Made by a program: the position numbers and the translations under genes. The notes under the pieces are model-generated. The model worked only from the letters and a program-made list of their open reading frames with translations, searched no databases and was not told the DNA's origin. DNA of 64,000 nucleotides, taken from positions 27,348 through 91,347 of the forward strand of contig JBAXDL010000003.1 in the NCBI GenBank assembly GCA_037140955.1. Direction: 5' to 3'. This document shows positions 30,067-39,361 of the stretch, one piece after another (the first letter of the stretch is position 1; each line of letters opens with the position of its first letter). Origin of the DNA: a bacterium. GTDB lineage: Bacteria; Patescibacteriota; Minisyncoccia; Moranbacterales; GWC2-37-73.

Positions 30067-30468
30067 TTATAGTGAAAATCTTTCTAATTGCAAAAATAAT
30101 TCATCAAATATTATTGGCTTTTGAATAAAGCCATCAAAAATACCACCAGAAACAATAAGATCGCCTGACAAGCCAAATGTTCCACTTATTAAAATTACTG
30201 GAATATTTGAAATTTCTTTAATCTTTTCACACAATCTCAAACCATCATCACGTCGAGGCATGCACAAATCAGTTAGAACAATATCAAATAGATCACATTC
30301 ATTCCTGAAAATTTCAAATGCCTCAAATCCGTCAGCAGCAGAAACAACATGATGACCATGCTTTCTCAATAGATTACCGAGAGTAATGCGGACAAGTTCA
30401 TCGTCATCAACCTGCAGAATTCTACCTTTTTTCATGGATAACTCCTCTTTCAAAAAAATAGCCACCAT
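30067..30468 (-). CDS. Stand-alone response-regulator receiver domain (CheY-like).
   Basis: DDDELVR...D(54)-equivalent in DIVLTDLCMPRRDDG, conserved T/S and K positions. 133 aa with no output domain. Confidence 0.7.
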   Translation of the reverse strand: MVAIFLKEELSMKKGRILQVDDDELVRITLGNLLRKHGHHVVSAADGFEAFEIFRNECDLFDIVLTDLCMPRRDDGLRLCEKIKEISNIPVILISGTFGLSGDLIVSGGIFDGFIQKPIIFDELFLQLERFSL

Positions 30469-30475
30469 TGAATTA

Positions 30476-30826
30476 TTATTTTTTGGAAAATTTAACCAAA
30501 TTTGATTTCTTTGCTACTTCCTCCTTAATGGTTTTGCAACTAATTGAATCAATTAGTGACATAGCATATGTATAAATAAATTTACCCTGCCCGCCACAAT
30601 CGAAACATGCTTCACTAGCTTCTGCGAAAAATCTTTGATATTGGTTGTATTCATCTTTTAATACAACATCTTGCCTTTCCAGTTCTACTGCAAAGTAGTC
30701 TTCAAATTTCAGAAATTGTTCACCAATAGAACCCAAAATCATGGCTTTTTCCATTGCAGACTGACATTTTGCACATTGTTGGCACATTTTTCCCAAAAAT
30801 CCGATCACTCTGTACGATTCTTGCAT
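30476..30826 (-). CDS. Hypothetical small Cys-rich protein (C-x2-C-x2-C ... C-x2-C), co-operonic with the receiver protein.
   Basis: CQQCAKCQS and CFDCGG motifs. 116 aa. 8 nt upstream of the receiver gene. Confidence 0.35.
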   Translation of the reverse strand: MQESYRVIGFLGKMCQQCAKCQSAMEKAMILGSIGEQFLKFEDYFAVELERQDVVLKDEYNQYQRFFAEASEACFDCGGQGKFIYTYAMSLIDSISCKTIKEEVAKKSNLVKFSKK

Positions 30827-30888
30827 AAGAAACCTCCTTTTTTAATGAGCATTTACATCTATCAATAAGGCTAGTATACTCCAAAGTA

Positions 30889-31842
30889 ATGAAAAAACAA
30901 GCTCAAAAAATTGTCGTGGTGATGGGTCCAACAGCCTCCGGAAAATCAGGAATGGCTATTTTGATTGCCAAAAAATACAATGGTGAAATAATCTCAGCTG
31001 ACAGTCGACAAGTCTATATGGGCTTAGATATCGGAAGTGGAAAAGTTTCAAGACAACAGACAAAATACAACATGCAAAATACAAAAAATATAGAATACAT
31101 TTCCGAAGGAATTGTGCATCATCTTATTGATGTTGCAAATCCAATGGATGATTTCAATATTTCACACTTTAAAACATCAGCAAGTATTGCCATTGAAAAA
31201 ATAATAGCAAAAGGAAAGCTTCCAATCATCTGCGGTGGAACGTCTTTTTGGATTGATTCAATAACAAAAAACACCTTTATCCCGGAAGTTGCTCCTGATC
31301 ATGCCCTGCGAGCAACACTGGAAAATAATAGCATTGAAGAATTATTTTCAATGTTGCAAGAACTTGACCAGGAAAGAGCCCAAAATATTGATCAAAAAAA
31401 CAAAGTCAGATTGATTCGTGCAATTGAAATTTGCAAAGCACTTGGAAAAGTTCCGAAAAACAATGAAAACTCTTATCAATCAAAAGCCAATTCGAAATAC
31501 AATTTTTTACAAATTGGAATTTTGATAGACAGAACGCAATTAAATGAAAAAATAAAAACCAGATTAGAAGAAAGATTTGCAGATGAAATGATTCAAGAAG
31601 TAGAAGGACTACTAAAAAACAACATCTCTCCAGCATGGCTAGAAAGAATTGGTCTTGAATATCGCTGGATTAACAGGTATCTTCAAGGCAATGTCCAACT
31701 AGATGAAATGCAAAAATTGCTCTATTTTGACATCATTCACTACGCCAAAAGGCAGATGACATGGCTCAAGAGAAACACTGATATTATCTGGATAAAAGAC
31801 TATGGTGAAGCCGAAAAAGAAATGGAGAAATTCCTAAAATAA
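30889..31842 (+). CDS. miaA: tRNA dimethylallyltransferase.
   Basis: P-loop VVMGPTASGKS. 317 aa. Confidence 0.9.
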   Translation: MKKQAQKIVVVMGPTASGKSGMAILIAKKYNGEIISADSRQVYMGLDIGSGKVSRQQTKYNMQNTKNIEYISEGIVHHLIDVANPMDDFNISHFKTSASIAIEKIIAKGKLPIICGGTSFWIDSITKNTFIPEVAPDHALRATLENNSIEELFSMLQELDQERAQNIDQKNKVRLIRAIEICKALGKVPKNNENSYQSKANSKYNFLQIGILIDRTQLNEKIKTRLEERFADEMIQEVEGLLKNNISPAWLERIGLEYRWINRYLQGNVQLDEMQKLLYFDIIHYAKRQMTWLKRNTDIIWIKDYGEAEKEMEKFLK

Positions 31843-31925
31843 CCACAATTATTGACAAAAAAACAGATATCTGGTAGAAATATAAGTCAGTAAAAATCTA
31901 GTTATTTAAAAAGGAGGTGATTGCA

Positions 31926-32294
31926 ATGAAGAGCTTGGCTGCAGAAATATTCAACAGCACGATAGGAAAGATTGATAGCCTTTCTATATCAGACTATCAA
32001 GATGAATCGACATCAATAAACATCAAATTGCTTCGTGATGCCGACACAGTTTCTTTTGTTCAGGGAATATGCCTGAAAACGACAAATCAGGAAGGAGAAA
32101 TAATTCTTGAGGCTGGAATTGCAACACTCTTAAAAAGAGCAAATCTCTCAATTTCAAAAAAGATAATAGAAACAGAGAAATCAGGAATATTAATTGTGCC
32201 ATTTTCAGCAGAAAGTGGAGTCGCCAAAAGCAGCAGAGTGAAACTATATTTTGCGATGAATGGTAGGATATTATCGAGAGAATATGCACTATAA
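31926..32294 (+). CDS. Hypothetical protein. The start ATG at 31926 is preceded by AAGGAGG; the track's GTG at 31917 lies inside the SD.
   Basis: SD aaggagg at 31911-31917, 8 nt from the ATG. About 122 aa with no family. Confidence 0.35.
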   Translation: MKSLAAEIFNSTIGKIDSLSISDYQDESTSINIKLLRDADTVSFVQGICLKTTNQEGEIILEAGIATLLKRANLSISKKIIETEKSGILIVPFSAESGVAKSSRVKLYFAMNGRILSREYAL

Positions 32295-32297
32295 CAA

Positions 32298-32336
32298 AAA
32301 AGGCAATCCCAATTGGGTTTGCCTTTTGTCTTTTTA
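32298..32336. terminator. Bidirectional hairpin: aaggcaatccc-aatt-gggtttgcctt, then ttttgtcttttt.
   Basis: Stem of about 10 bp with one mismatch. T-runs on both strands between convergent genes. Confidence 0.5.
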
Positions 32337-32344
32337 TACAACTT

Positions 32345-32815
32345 TTATTGTTTTTTCATTTTCAATCTGGTCTTATTTATTTTCAAACTATCCAGCATAA
32401 CCATAGCATCATTCAGTCGACCTAAAATCTTAGGAAAGTTATCTTCTTTATACAATCTATTTATACTGTTCAATCTCCTTTCAACATCATCAACCTGCGT
32501 TTCATAGGTGTGCTCACTTAGTGCTATTTTTTCTGGTCTGACTTTATTTTCACTTAAATCACTAGCAAGTTTTGTCAGCACTGCAATATCATTCTCAACA
32601 GCACTCAATGCAGTTTCAAAGTTTTCCTTTATAACCTCCTTTGTTTCAACATCATCACCTTCAAATTTAGTATTCTCAGCCTTCAATGCCCTTTTTGCTG
32701 TCTCATTTTGTATAGCACTAGTTGCCTCCAAAGCTTTCTCATGGCTTATATCTTCATTGCCTTCAACATCCTTAATTGGGGAAACTTTTCCATATTTATA
32801 ATCTTCGATAGACAT
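32345..32815 (-). CDS. Hypothetical coiled-coil protein.
   Basis: 156 aa, charged and helical. No family. Confidence 0.3.
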   Translation of the reverse strand: MSIEDYKYGKVSPIKDVEGNEDISHEKALEATSAIQNETAKRALKAENTKFEGDDVETKEVIKENFETALSAVENDIAVLTKLASDLSENKVRPEKIALSEHTYETQVDDVERRLNSINRLYKEDNFPKILGRLNDAMVMLDSLKINKTRLKMKKQ

Positions 32816-32827
32816 ATTTTTTGTTTA

Positions 32828-34312
32828 TTAAATTAATTTATTTTTTAGTAACTCCAAAACAACTTGTGGATTTGCTTTTCCGCCACTCTCCTTCATTACC
32901 TGACCCATCAAAAATTTGAGTGCGTTTTCCTTTCCTGCTTTATAATCTTCTACTGATTTTGGATTATCCGCAAGAACTTTGTCCACCACTGCTCCAAGCG
33001 CATCGCCATCATCCATTTGGGCAAGATTTTTTTCTTCAATAATCTGCGATGGATCGCCGCCGGTGTGATACATTTCCTTGAGCACGGTTTGTGCCGCACT
33101 TGAATTTATTTTTCCATCTGCCACCAAACCAATCAATTCAGCATAATTTTCAGCTGATATTTTCAAATCAGCCATTTTGTGATTATTTTCAGCCAAATGC
33201 TTTCGAACCTCAGAAATCAAATAATTCACAGCAAGCTTGATTGCCTTTTCACTCTCAGCAGCAACCTCTCGTGAAACAATTTTCTCCTTCAATTCTCCAA
33301 CCACCTGCTCAAAATATTCAGCCAAATCACTTTCAGCTGTCAAAACAAGAATATCGGCTTTGTTCAAACCATATTCACCAGCAAACCTCTCTTCTTTTTG
33401 TGCTGGAAGCTCTGGCAGCTTGGCTTTCAAGCTTTCGACATAGGCAGCTGAAAATTCCATTGGTGGAATGTCTGGCTCAGGAAAATATCGATAATCATGT
33501 GCAGATTCTTTTTTTCTTTGCGACACTGTCACGTTTTTCACACTATCCCAACCACGAGTTTCTTGCACTAATTTTTCACCATTTTCCAAGGCTTCGGTTT
33601 GACGCTCAATTTCATAGTTAATAGCCTTTTCCACAAAACGGAAAGAATTGATGTTTTTCACTTCAACCTTGGTTCCACTCAATTTTGGCTCCCCTTCTTT
33701 GTGAAGTGACAAATTCACCTCACAGCGCATGTTGCCTTTTTCCATGTCAGCATCTGAAATTCCCAAATATCGGCAAATTTGCTGCAATCTTGTGCAAAAA
33801 ATACGAGCTTGCTCGCCATTTTCAATGTCAGGTTCAGTTACAAGCTCCATTAGTGGCACTCCAGCACGATTATAGTCAACCAGGGTATAATCTGCTCCAT
33901 CCGGATGAATAAGCTTGCCTGTGTCCTCCTCAAGATGAATACGCGTCACCCCAATCAGTTTCTTCTGTCCATCAGCAGTTTCTATTTCCATGTTCCCAAG
34001 GCCACAAAGAGGCTGATCATATTGAGAAATCTGATAACCCTTCGGAAGGTCTGGATAGAAATAATTTTTTCGATCAAACTTTGATTTTAAGTTCAATTCA
34101 CAATTAAGAGCCAATCCTGCCAATTGCACAAACTCAATTGCCTGCTGATTTGGCACCGGCAAAGTCCCTGGCTGCGCTGTGCAAACAGGACAGATGTGCA
34201 CATTTGGTTGTTTCTCATGTCCAAGTCCATTTTTGGAATTACAAAACATTTTCGACTTTGTTTTGAGCTCCACATGAACCTCCATGCCAATAACTGGGAT
34301 ATATTTGGTCAT
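32828..34312 (-). CDS. gatB: Aspartyl/glutamyl-tRNA amidotransferase subunit B.
   Basis: IGMEVHVELKTKSKMFC N-terminus, GatB/YqeY C-terminus. 494 aa. Confidence 0.9.
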   Translation of the reverse strand: MTKYIPVIGMEVHVELKTKSKMFCNSKNGLGHEKQPNVHICPVCTAQPGTLPVPNQQAIEFVQLAGLALNCELNLKSKFDRKNYFYPDLPKGYQISQYDQPLCGLGNMEIETADGQKKLIGVTRIHLEEDTGKLIHPDGADYTLVDYNRAGVPLMELVTEPDIENGEQARIFCTRLQQICRYLGISDADMEKGNMRCEVNLSLHKEGEPKLSGTKVEVKNINSFRFVEKAINYEIERQTEALENGEKLVQETRGWDSVKNVTVSQRKKESAHDYRYFPEPDIPPMEFSAAYVESLKAKLPELPAQKEERFAGEYGLNKADILVLTAESDLAEYFEQVVGELKEKIVSREVAAESEKAIKLAVNYLISEVRKHLAENNHKMADLKISAENYAELIGLVADGKINSSAAQTVLKEMYHTGGDPSQIIEEKNLAQMDDGDALGAVVDKVLADNPKSVEDYKAGKENALKFLMGQVMKESGGKANPQVVLELLKNKLI

Positions 34313-34496
34313 AATTTTATAATTATCGTTTTTAGTAAGAATTATTTTAATACAAAATTTCCTTAATTTATTTCATTGCTCAAATTTCCAAATCTCAATT
34401 TCCAATTTCCAACAAAATTCCAATGTATCAATTTTCAAAATTAAATTCATTTAAGAGCTTATTTGGCATTTGCAATTTGGATTTTGAAATTACCTA

Positions 34497-34835
34497 CTAT
34501 CTATTGTCTCCATTACCATTAATAACACCACGATTCATCCTACTTTGCAACTTTTCAATATTAAACTGTGCAACTTCATCCAATGACAATTTCAGCTCAC
34601 TTGAAAGCTGCGAAACATACCACAAAACATCGCCCAATTCTTTTTTGATTTCCTGCTTTGTATCCTCATCAATAACACCACCCTTGTCGCGAATAACTTT
34701 CTTTATTTTCTCAGCCACCTCTCCAGCCTCGCCAGAAAGACCCAGTGTTGGATACACAAAATTACTTCCCACTTCAGGATAAAGAGCTGTTTTTCTTGAT
34801 TCTTCTTGATATTCTTTAAAATTCATATTTTTCAT
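34497..34835 (-). CDS. mazG: MazG-family nucleoside triphosphate pyrophosphohydrolase (house-cleaning).
   Basis: LSGEAGEVAEKIKKVIRDKGG...KQEIKKELGDVLWYVSQL (EE..E..K...E.GD motif). 112 aa. Confidence 0.7.
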   Translation of the reverse strand: MKNMNFKEYQEESRKTALYPEVGSNFVYPTLGLSGEAGEVAEKIKKVIRDKGGVIDEDTKQEIKKELGDVLWYVSQLSSELKLSLDEVAQFNIEKLQSRMNRGVINGNGDNR

Positions 34836-34865
34836 GTTTTAGTATTTACGTTTTTATTTAAGCAA

Positions 34866-34972
34866 TGTGAGACAATTTTTCTTTTCGGCCAACAGAAACG
34901 AGAGTTTCTCTTGAGCTTTTAGATATTGAGTATTTTATCTAAAAGCGTGCCAAGAAGGAAAATAGTCAAGCA
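34866..34972 (+). repeat. MITE-like element, copy C (TIR tgtgagacaattttt / aaaatagtcaagca).
   Basis: Between mazG and the tmk-like gene. Hairpin gcttttagat-N12-atctaaaagc shows compensatory changes relative to other copies. Confidence 0.8.
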
Positions 34973-34990
34973 ATTGTGCAAACATCTTGC

Positions 34991-35587
34991 TTACAATATT
35001 TTCTCTATTTTTTCCACAATATCAGCTTGAACTTTTTCAATCTCCTGATTTGCATCCACCTTTTCCCAGCCGTATTGATTTGCCAAAAGTTCATGGAAAT
35101 TCTTGCAAATAACAATTCGCTCCTCATTTGTTTCATTGCGATGATCTTTTTCAATGGCAGACAAAAACCTTTTTCCATGCATCAGAATTTCCAGATCAGG
35201 CTTGAGCAAATCTTTGTTAATCTCAACCAAGTAATCCAACTCACCACCCCATGTCAATCCCCAAGATATGCCAGTTCCAGTATAATCTTCAGCCACAATC
35301 CACTCTCCATCCTCAAGCCTGTTTTTCAGTTCTTGCTCATATCTCTTGCGATTATCAGCATATTTTGCTTGCAAATCATGCGTGGAAAGCTCATTATTTT
35401 TTCGAAACTCACTATCACGCAAGTATTTATAAATAAAAGGCCCTTCAGGTTCTAGATCATAGATTGGATATTTCAATCTTGAAACATTTTTACCAAGACT
35501 TTTCAAATGCTCAACCAAAAGCTCAACTTGGGTTGTCTTCCCAATTCCATTGATCCCATATATCGCAATGAATTTTCCTTTTTCCAT
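34991..35587 (-). CDS. tmk: Thymidylate kinase-like / deoxynucleoside kinase family P-loop kinase.
   Basis: IAIYGINGIGKTTQ P-loop of dTMP-kinase type. 198 aa. Sits in a thymidylate-synthesis cluster. Confidence 0.5.
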   Translation of the reverse strand: MEKGKFIAIYGINGIGKTTQVELLVEHLKSLGKNVSRLKYPIYDLEPEGPFIYKYLRDSEFRKNNELSTHDLQAKYADNRKRYEQELKNRLEDGEWIVAEDYTGTGISWGLTWGGELDYLVEINKDLLKPDLEILMHGKRFLSAIEKDHRNETNEERIVICKNFHELLANQYGWEKVDANQEIEKVQADIVEKIEKIL

Positions 35588-35591
35588 ATTA

Positions 35592-36092
35592 TTATCTTTC
35601 CAATTCTAAAAATGTATATTTAAATTCTGCATCCGCACTTTGTTTTTTGCTAATAACTTTGTTAAATTGCGAATATTCTGGGAAAAAAGTGTCACCATCA
35701 AAATCACCATCAATCAATGTTAAATACAACTTATCAGCCATGCCAATTGTTTGAGCATACACATTAGCACCACCACAAATAAAAATTTCGTCTTTTTCAA
35801 TTTCACGTGCCTTGTTAATTGCCTCCTCAAGATTGCTTGCCATAATAACGCCGGCAATATGTTCCTCACTGCTGCCAGAGAGAACTATTGTTGTGCGATT
35901 AGGCAAAGGTTTTCCAATTGATTGAAAAGTTTTTCTTCCCATCACCACAACATGCCCATTGGTTGTTTGCTTAAAATGCTTGAAGTCTTCAGGAATATGC
36001 CAAAGCAGCTGATTGTTTTTCCCAATCGCCCTATTTTCTGCTAGCGCACAAATAATACTAATTTTTGGATTGTTCATTTTTATTGCTAACAT
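35592..36092 (-). CDS. folA: Dihydrofolate reductase. The start is ATG 36092 or 36077; the track's 36242 start runs through repeat copy D and is rejected.
   Basis: ISIICALAENRAIGKNNQLLWHIPEDFKHFKQTT...VVMGRKTF. 162-167 aa. Confidence 0.8.
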   Translation of the reverse strand: MLAIKMNNPKISIICALAENRAIGKNNQLLWHIPEDFKHFKQTTNGHVVVMGRKTFQSIGKPLPNRTTIVLSGSSEEHIAGVIMASNLEEAINKAREIEKDEIFICGGANVYAQTIGMADKLYLTLIDGDFDGDTFFPEYSQFNKVISKKQSADAEFKYTFLELER

Positions 36093-36120
36093 TTTTATTA
36101 TGTTTTTTATAGCATAGTTT

Positions 36121-36226
36121 TGCGAGACAAATTTTATTTTTGGCACGCTTTTGAATGAATACTCACTATTCAAAAGCTCAAGAGCTACTGTCGCCAGCTG
36201 TTGGCCAAAAACAAAATTAGTCTCGC
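36121..36226 (-). repeat. MITE-like element, copy D, in inverted orientation (TIR tgcgagacaaat / attagtctcgcga).
   Basis: The reverse complement matches the core of copies A, C and E (ggccaacagctggcgacag...gagcttttgaatagtgagtattcattcaaaagcgtgccaaaaa). It lies between folA and thyA. Confidence 0.8.
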
Positions 36227-36271
36227 GACTGCATAAATTCAAGATGACATTATTTCATCCATTAAAAACAC

Positions 36272-37183
36272 TTAAACAGCTATAGGAGCCTTAATCGGTG
36301 GATATGGATCATAATTTTCCAAAACAAAATCTTCAAACTTGAAATCAAAAATATCCTTCACTTCTGGATTTATCTTTATACTTGGAAGCTGGCGTGGTTG
36401 CCTTGAAAGCTGCTCAGCAACTTGATCAAAATGAAAATTATAAATATGAGCATCGCCAAGCGTGTGCACAAATTCTCCAGCTTCCAATCCGCAAGCCTGT
36501 GCAATCATCATTGTCAAAAGTGCATATGATGCAATATTAAACGGCACACCCAAAAGCGTATCGGCACTTCTTTGATACAACTGACAAGAAAGTTTTCCAT
36601 TGGCCACATTGAATTGAAAAAGAAGGTGACATGGTGGCAACGCCATTTTGTCGATGTCTCCCACGTTCCAAGCTGACAAGATAATCCTTCTTGAATCAGG
36701 ATTTTTTTTGATGGTTTCAATAATTTGAGCAATTTGATCTATCTCTTTGCCATCAGTTGTTTTCCAATGTCTCCACTGCACGCCATAGACCGGCCCAAGC
36801 TCTCCCCACGTGGCAGCAAATTCATCATCTGTTTTTATCCTTTTAATATAATTTTTCATCTCATCCTTCCATTCTTGAGAATAGGTTGGGAATTTTTCAG
36901 CCAAATTATTCTTATCAAGATAAGATTGAAAAGGCCAATCATTCCAAATATGCACATCATTTTGCACTAAATATTTGATATTTGAATCCCCTTTCAAAAA
37001 CCAAATAAGCTCATGAATAATACCTTTTAGAAAGACTTTTTTGGTTGTGAGAAGAGGAAAACCCTTTTGCAAATCAAAGCGCATTTGATAACCAAAAACA
37101 CTCTTGGTGCCAACCCCAGTTCTGTCGCTTTTTTGCACTCCATTGTCCATGATGTGCTGCAAAAGATCCAAATATTGTTTCAT
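36272..37183 (-). CDS. thyA: Thymidylate synthase (ThyA type).
   Basis: [31 protein letters not shown], catalytic Cys in LPPCH. 303 aa. Confidence 0.95.
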   Translation of the reverse strand: MKQYLDLLQHIMDNGVQKSDRTGVGTKSVFGYQMRFDLQKGFPLLTTKKVFLKGIIHELIWFLKGDSNIKYLVQNDVHIWNDWPFQSYLDKNNLAEKFPTYSQEWKDEMKNYIKRIKTDDEFAATWGELGPVYGVQWRHWKTTDGKEIDQIAQIIETIKKNPDSRRIILSAWNVGDIDKMALPPCHLLFQFNVANGKLSCQLYQRSADTLLGVPFNIASYALLTMMIAQACGLEAGEFVHTLGDAHIYNFHFDQVAEQLSRQPRQLPSIKINPEVKDIFDFKFEDFVLENYDPYPPIKAPIAV

Positions 37184-37206
37184 AGAATTTAATAACTCTA
37201 AAAATA

Positions 37207-37761
37207 TTATTTAATATTTTGACTTATAATATCATTAATTTGTTCATACAAATCAGGAAATGTCCCATCATTATTAATGACATAATCTGAATAATTTTTC
37301 AGATCCTTTATTTGAATTTCAGTTTCAAGCTCATGATCTTTCTTGAAGTCTTCAAAGGTCTTGGCAGTATCATCAGTATTTTCAGCTCGCTTAATGATGC
37401 GCTCATAGCGATTTTGCATATCAGCCTCCATGTAGATAAGTTTAAAGTGAGGCAATTCCTTAAGATAAGAAATGTCAGCCATACGACGCACACCATCAAC
37501 TACCACCAAATCATGTTGATCATTTTCAGCATCATGATACATAGCCTTAGCTAAAATATCTTCTCCAAAATTTTTACGCAAAACAGTTGAAATTGTTGAA
37601 ATATTTTCTCTAGATTGTTCAACATAAATTCGATCCAAAACATCCCGCAAAATAGTGGAAAAGCGATGAGCGTTTCCCTTGTGATGTTCGATAACATGCT
37701 TAGCAATTGTTCCCTTGCCAGAACCCATTTCACCCGTAATCCCCAAAATTAACTTTGCCAT
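37207..37761 (-). CDS. Deoxynucleoside monophosphate kinase, phage T4 gp1-like (P-loop NMP kinase).
   Basis: P-loop [13 protein letters not shown]. The C-terminal [22 protein letters not shown] resembles the T4 dNMP kinase C-terminus (..VITNDGSLEEL..). 184 aa. Confidence 0.45.
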   Translation of the reverse strand: MAKLILGITGEMGSGKGTIAKHVIEHHKGNAHRFSTILRDVLDRIYVEQSRENISTISTVLRKNFGEDILAKAMYHDAENDQHDLVVVDGVRRMADISYLKELPHFKLIYMEADMQNRYERIIKRAENTDDTAKTFEDFKKDHELETEIQIKDLKNYSDYVINNDGTFPDLYEQINDIISQNIK

Positions 37762-37769
37762 ATTTTTTA

Positions 37770-38255
37770 TTATTTCTTTTCAAATATTAAATTATTTTTT
37801 GTCACATATTGCCTGTAAGTCACTCCAGCCATGTCTAGCATTCTTCTTGAAGCCACACTCATGTCATCATCATGATATTTGTCACTTTCGAAAATAACTT
37901 CTCTTATGCCATTTTGAATAATCGTTTTGGCACATTCATTGCAAGGAAACAATGTGCAATACAATCTCGATCCTTCAGTTTCAGCATTAGCATTATAGAT
38001 TGCATTTTCCTCGGCATGCACCACATAGGCATATTTTTTCTCACAAAAAGCTCCTTCTCTGGCCCATGGCAAATCACCATCTCCGCAACCCCTCGGAAAA
38101 CCATTATATCCAAGACCAACCACAATATTTTTCTCATTAACAATACAAGCTCCATTTTGAGTGTTGGGATCCTTTGAGCGATGAGCAATCACCTTGCTCA
38201 TTTGCATGAAAGTCTCATCCCAATCAAGATATCCCTCACGTTTTTCAGTTTGCAT
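37770..38255 (-). CDS. dCMP deaminase (cytidine/deoxycytidylate deaminase zinc-binding family).
   Basis: HAEENAI and PCNECAK zinc ligands. 161 aa. Confidence 0.8.
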   Translation of the reverse strand: MQTEKREGYLDWDETFMQMSKVIAHRSKDPNTQNGACIVNEKNIVVGLGYNGFPRGCGDGDLPWAREGAFCEKKYAYVVHAEENAIYNANAETEGSRLYCTLFPCNECAKTIIQNGIREVIFESDKYHDDDMSVASRRMLDMAGVTYRQYVTKNNLIFEKK

Positions 38256-38332
38256 ACAAGTAAATTTTAATCATTATTCCAATATCTTTATTGTATACAT
38301 TTTATCAAATACAGTAAAGATCATATTACAAC

Positions 38333-38368
38333 ATAAAAAAGACCCTGCAGACATTTGTCTGTAGGGTC
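38333..38368 (-). terminator. Rho-independent terminator: 13-bp stem gaccctgcagaca-tttg-tctgtagggtc (one G-U pair), with a T-tract on the minus strand.
   Basis: Immediately downstream of the minus-strand secreted-protein gene. The reverse-complement hairpin is followed by tttttt. Confidence 0.6.
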
Positions 38369-38390
38369 AATGATTTTTAAAAAGAAAAAA

Positions 38391-39197
38391 TTAATTTTCC
38401 TTTCGAATGAGGACGAGCACATCACCTTCCTTCACAACAATATTGTCTTCCGGTGAGATATAGTTTTCCGCCGGAATGACAATATTTTCAAATGAAACAT
38501 AAAAGTTTCTTTTGCCAATATTGTGAAATGTTGGCATCTTGATTTTTCGTTCTGGTTGCGGGTTCATGTTGAACATGATTTTCCGTTTCAAGAAGCCTCG
38601 ATTGTCAGCAACGACAGCGCCAACAATCTTTTTGTCGCCAGTGTCGGAAAAAAAGTGAGTGTTGTGAATGAAGCTAGCCAACTCACGCTCGGTTCCAGGC
38701 GACATCGCAACCAACTCATAGCTGAATTTTGTGTCATCAGTTGAAAGTCCAAAGATATTCCTTGGCACATTTCCGTTTTTTACCAAAAGACCAAGATCTT
38801 CTGGTTCAATTTCCATAAAACTTCCAATGTAGCTATTTACAAGCCATGTTGGAATTGTAGAAGAAATGTCCATCAATGGAGCGCAAGCTGCCAAATCAGC
38901 ACCAGTTACCTTGAAACGATACCAGCCAGCAGACACCAATTCTCCAGGATTTTTCTTCTCCCAGGCACCAATCACTCCAAAGAATGATTGGGATGTTTTC
39001 AATTGGCTCGTCTCTAACGTGCCACAATTCACTGAAGTCACAGTGAATTGATATGGCATATACCTCTGAAATTCGCCATTGATCAAAATTGATCTCCTGA
39101 TGGTCACCAATTCCTCACTGCCACCACCAGCCATCACTGGAAACGCCGACAGGGCAAAAATCGCTAATACAAGCCCAAAAATCATCATTTTTCTCAT
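38391..39197 (-). CDS. Hypothetical secreted protein (signal peptide). The start is at 39197 with SD AAGGAG; the track's 39257 start is rejected.
   Basis: MRKMMIFGLVLAIFALSAFPVMAGGG signal peptide. SD aaggag 7-12 nt upstream. Confidence 0.45.
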   Translation of the reverse strand: MRKMMIFGLVLAIFALSAFPVMAGGGSEELVTIRRSILINGEFQRYMPYQFTVTSVNCGTLETSQLKTSQSFFGVIGAWEKKNPGELVSAGWYRFKVTGADLAACAPLMDISSTIPTWLVNSYIGSFMEIEPEDLGLLVKNGNVPRNIFGLSTDDTKFSYELVAMSPGTERELASFIHNTHFFSDTGDKKIVGAVVADNRGFLKRKIMFNMNPQPERKIKMPTFHNIGKRNFYVSFENIVIPAENYISPEDNIVVKEGDVLVLIRKEN

Positions 39198-39361
39198 TTT
39201 CCTTCTCCTTTTGTTAAGACTACTGGAATGCCGGACATGTCCGGTTGTGTCAATCAAGACAACGTATTATTATACGCTTTTTTGTCAAAAAAGTCAAGAA
39301 AAAAACATCCCCGAAAAGATGTCTTTTTGCTTGATAGGCTTTATAGACTTTCAGCTTTTGA

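Noticed and set aside
39300-39335. An rplA terminator hairpin, acatc-N8-gatgt, plus T-runs.
   Set aside because: The stem is only 5-8 bp with a G-U pair and an ambiguous strand. It is plausible but too weak to list as a feature.
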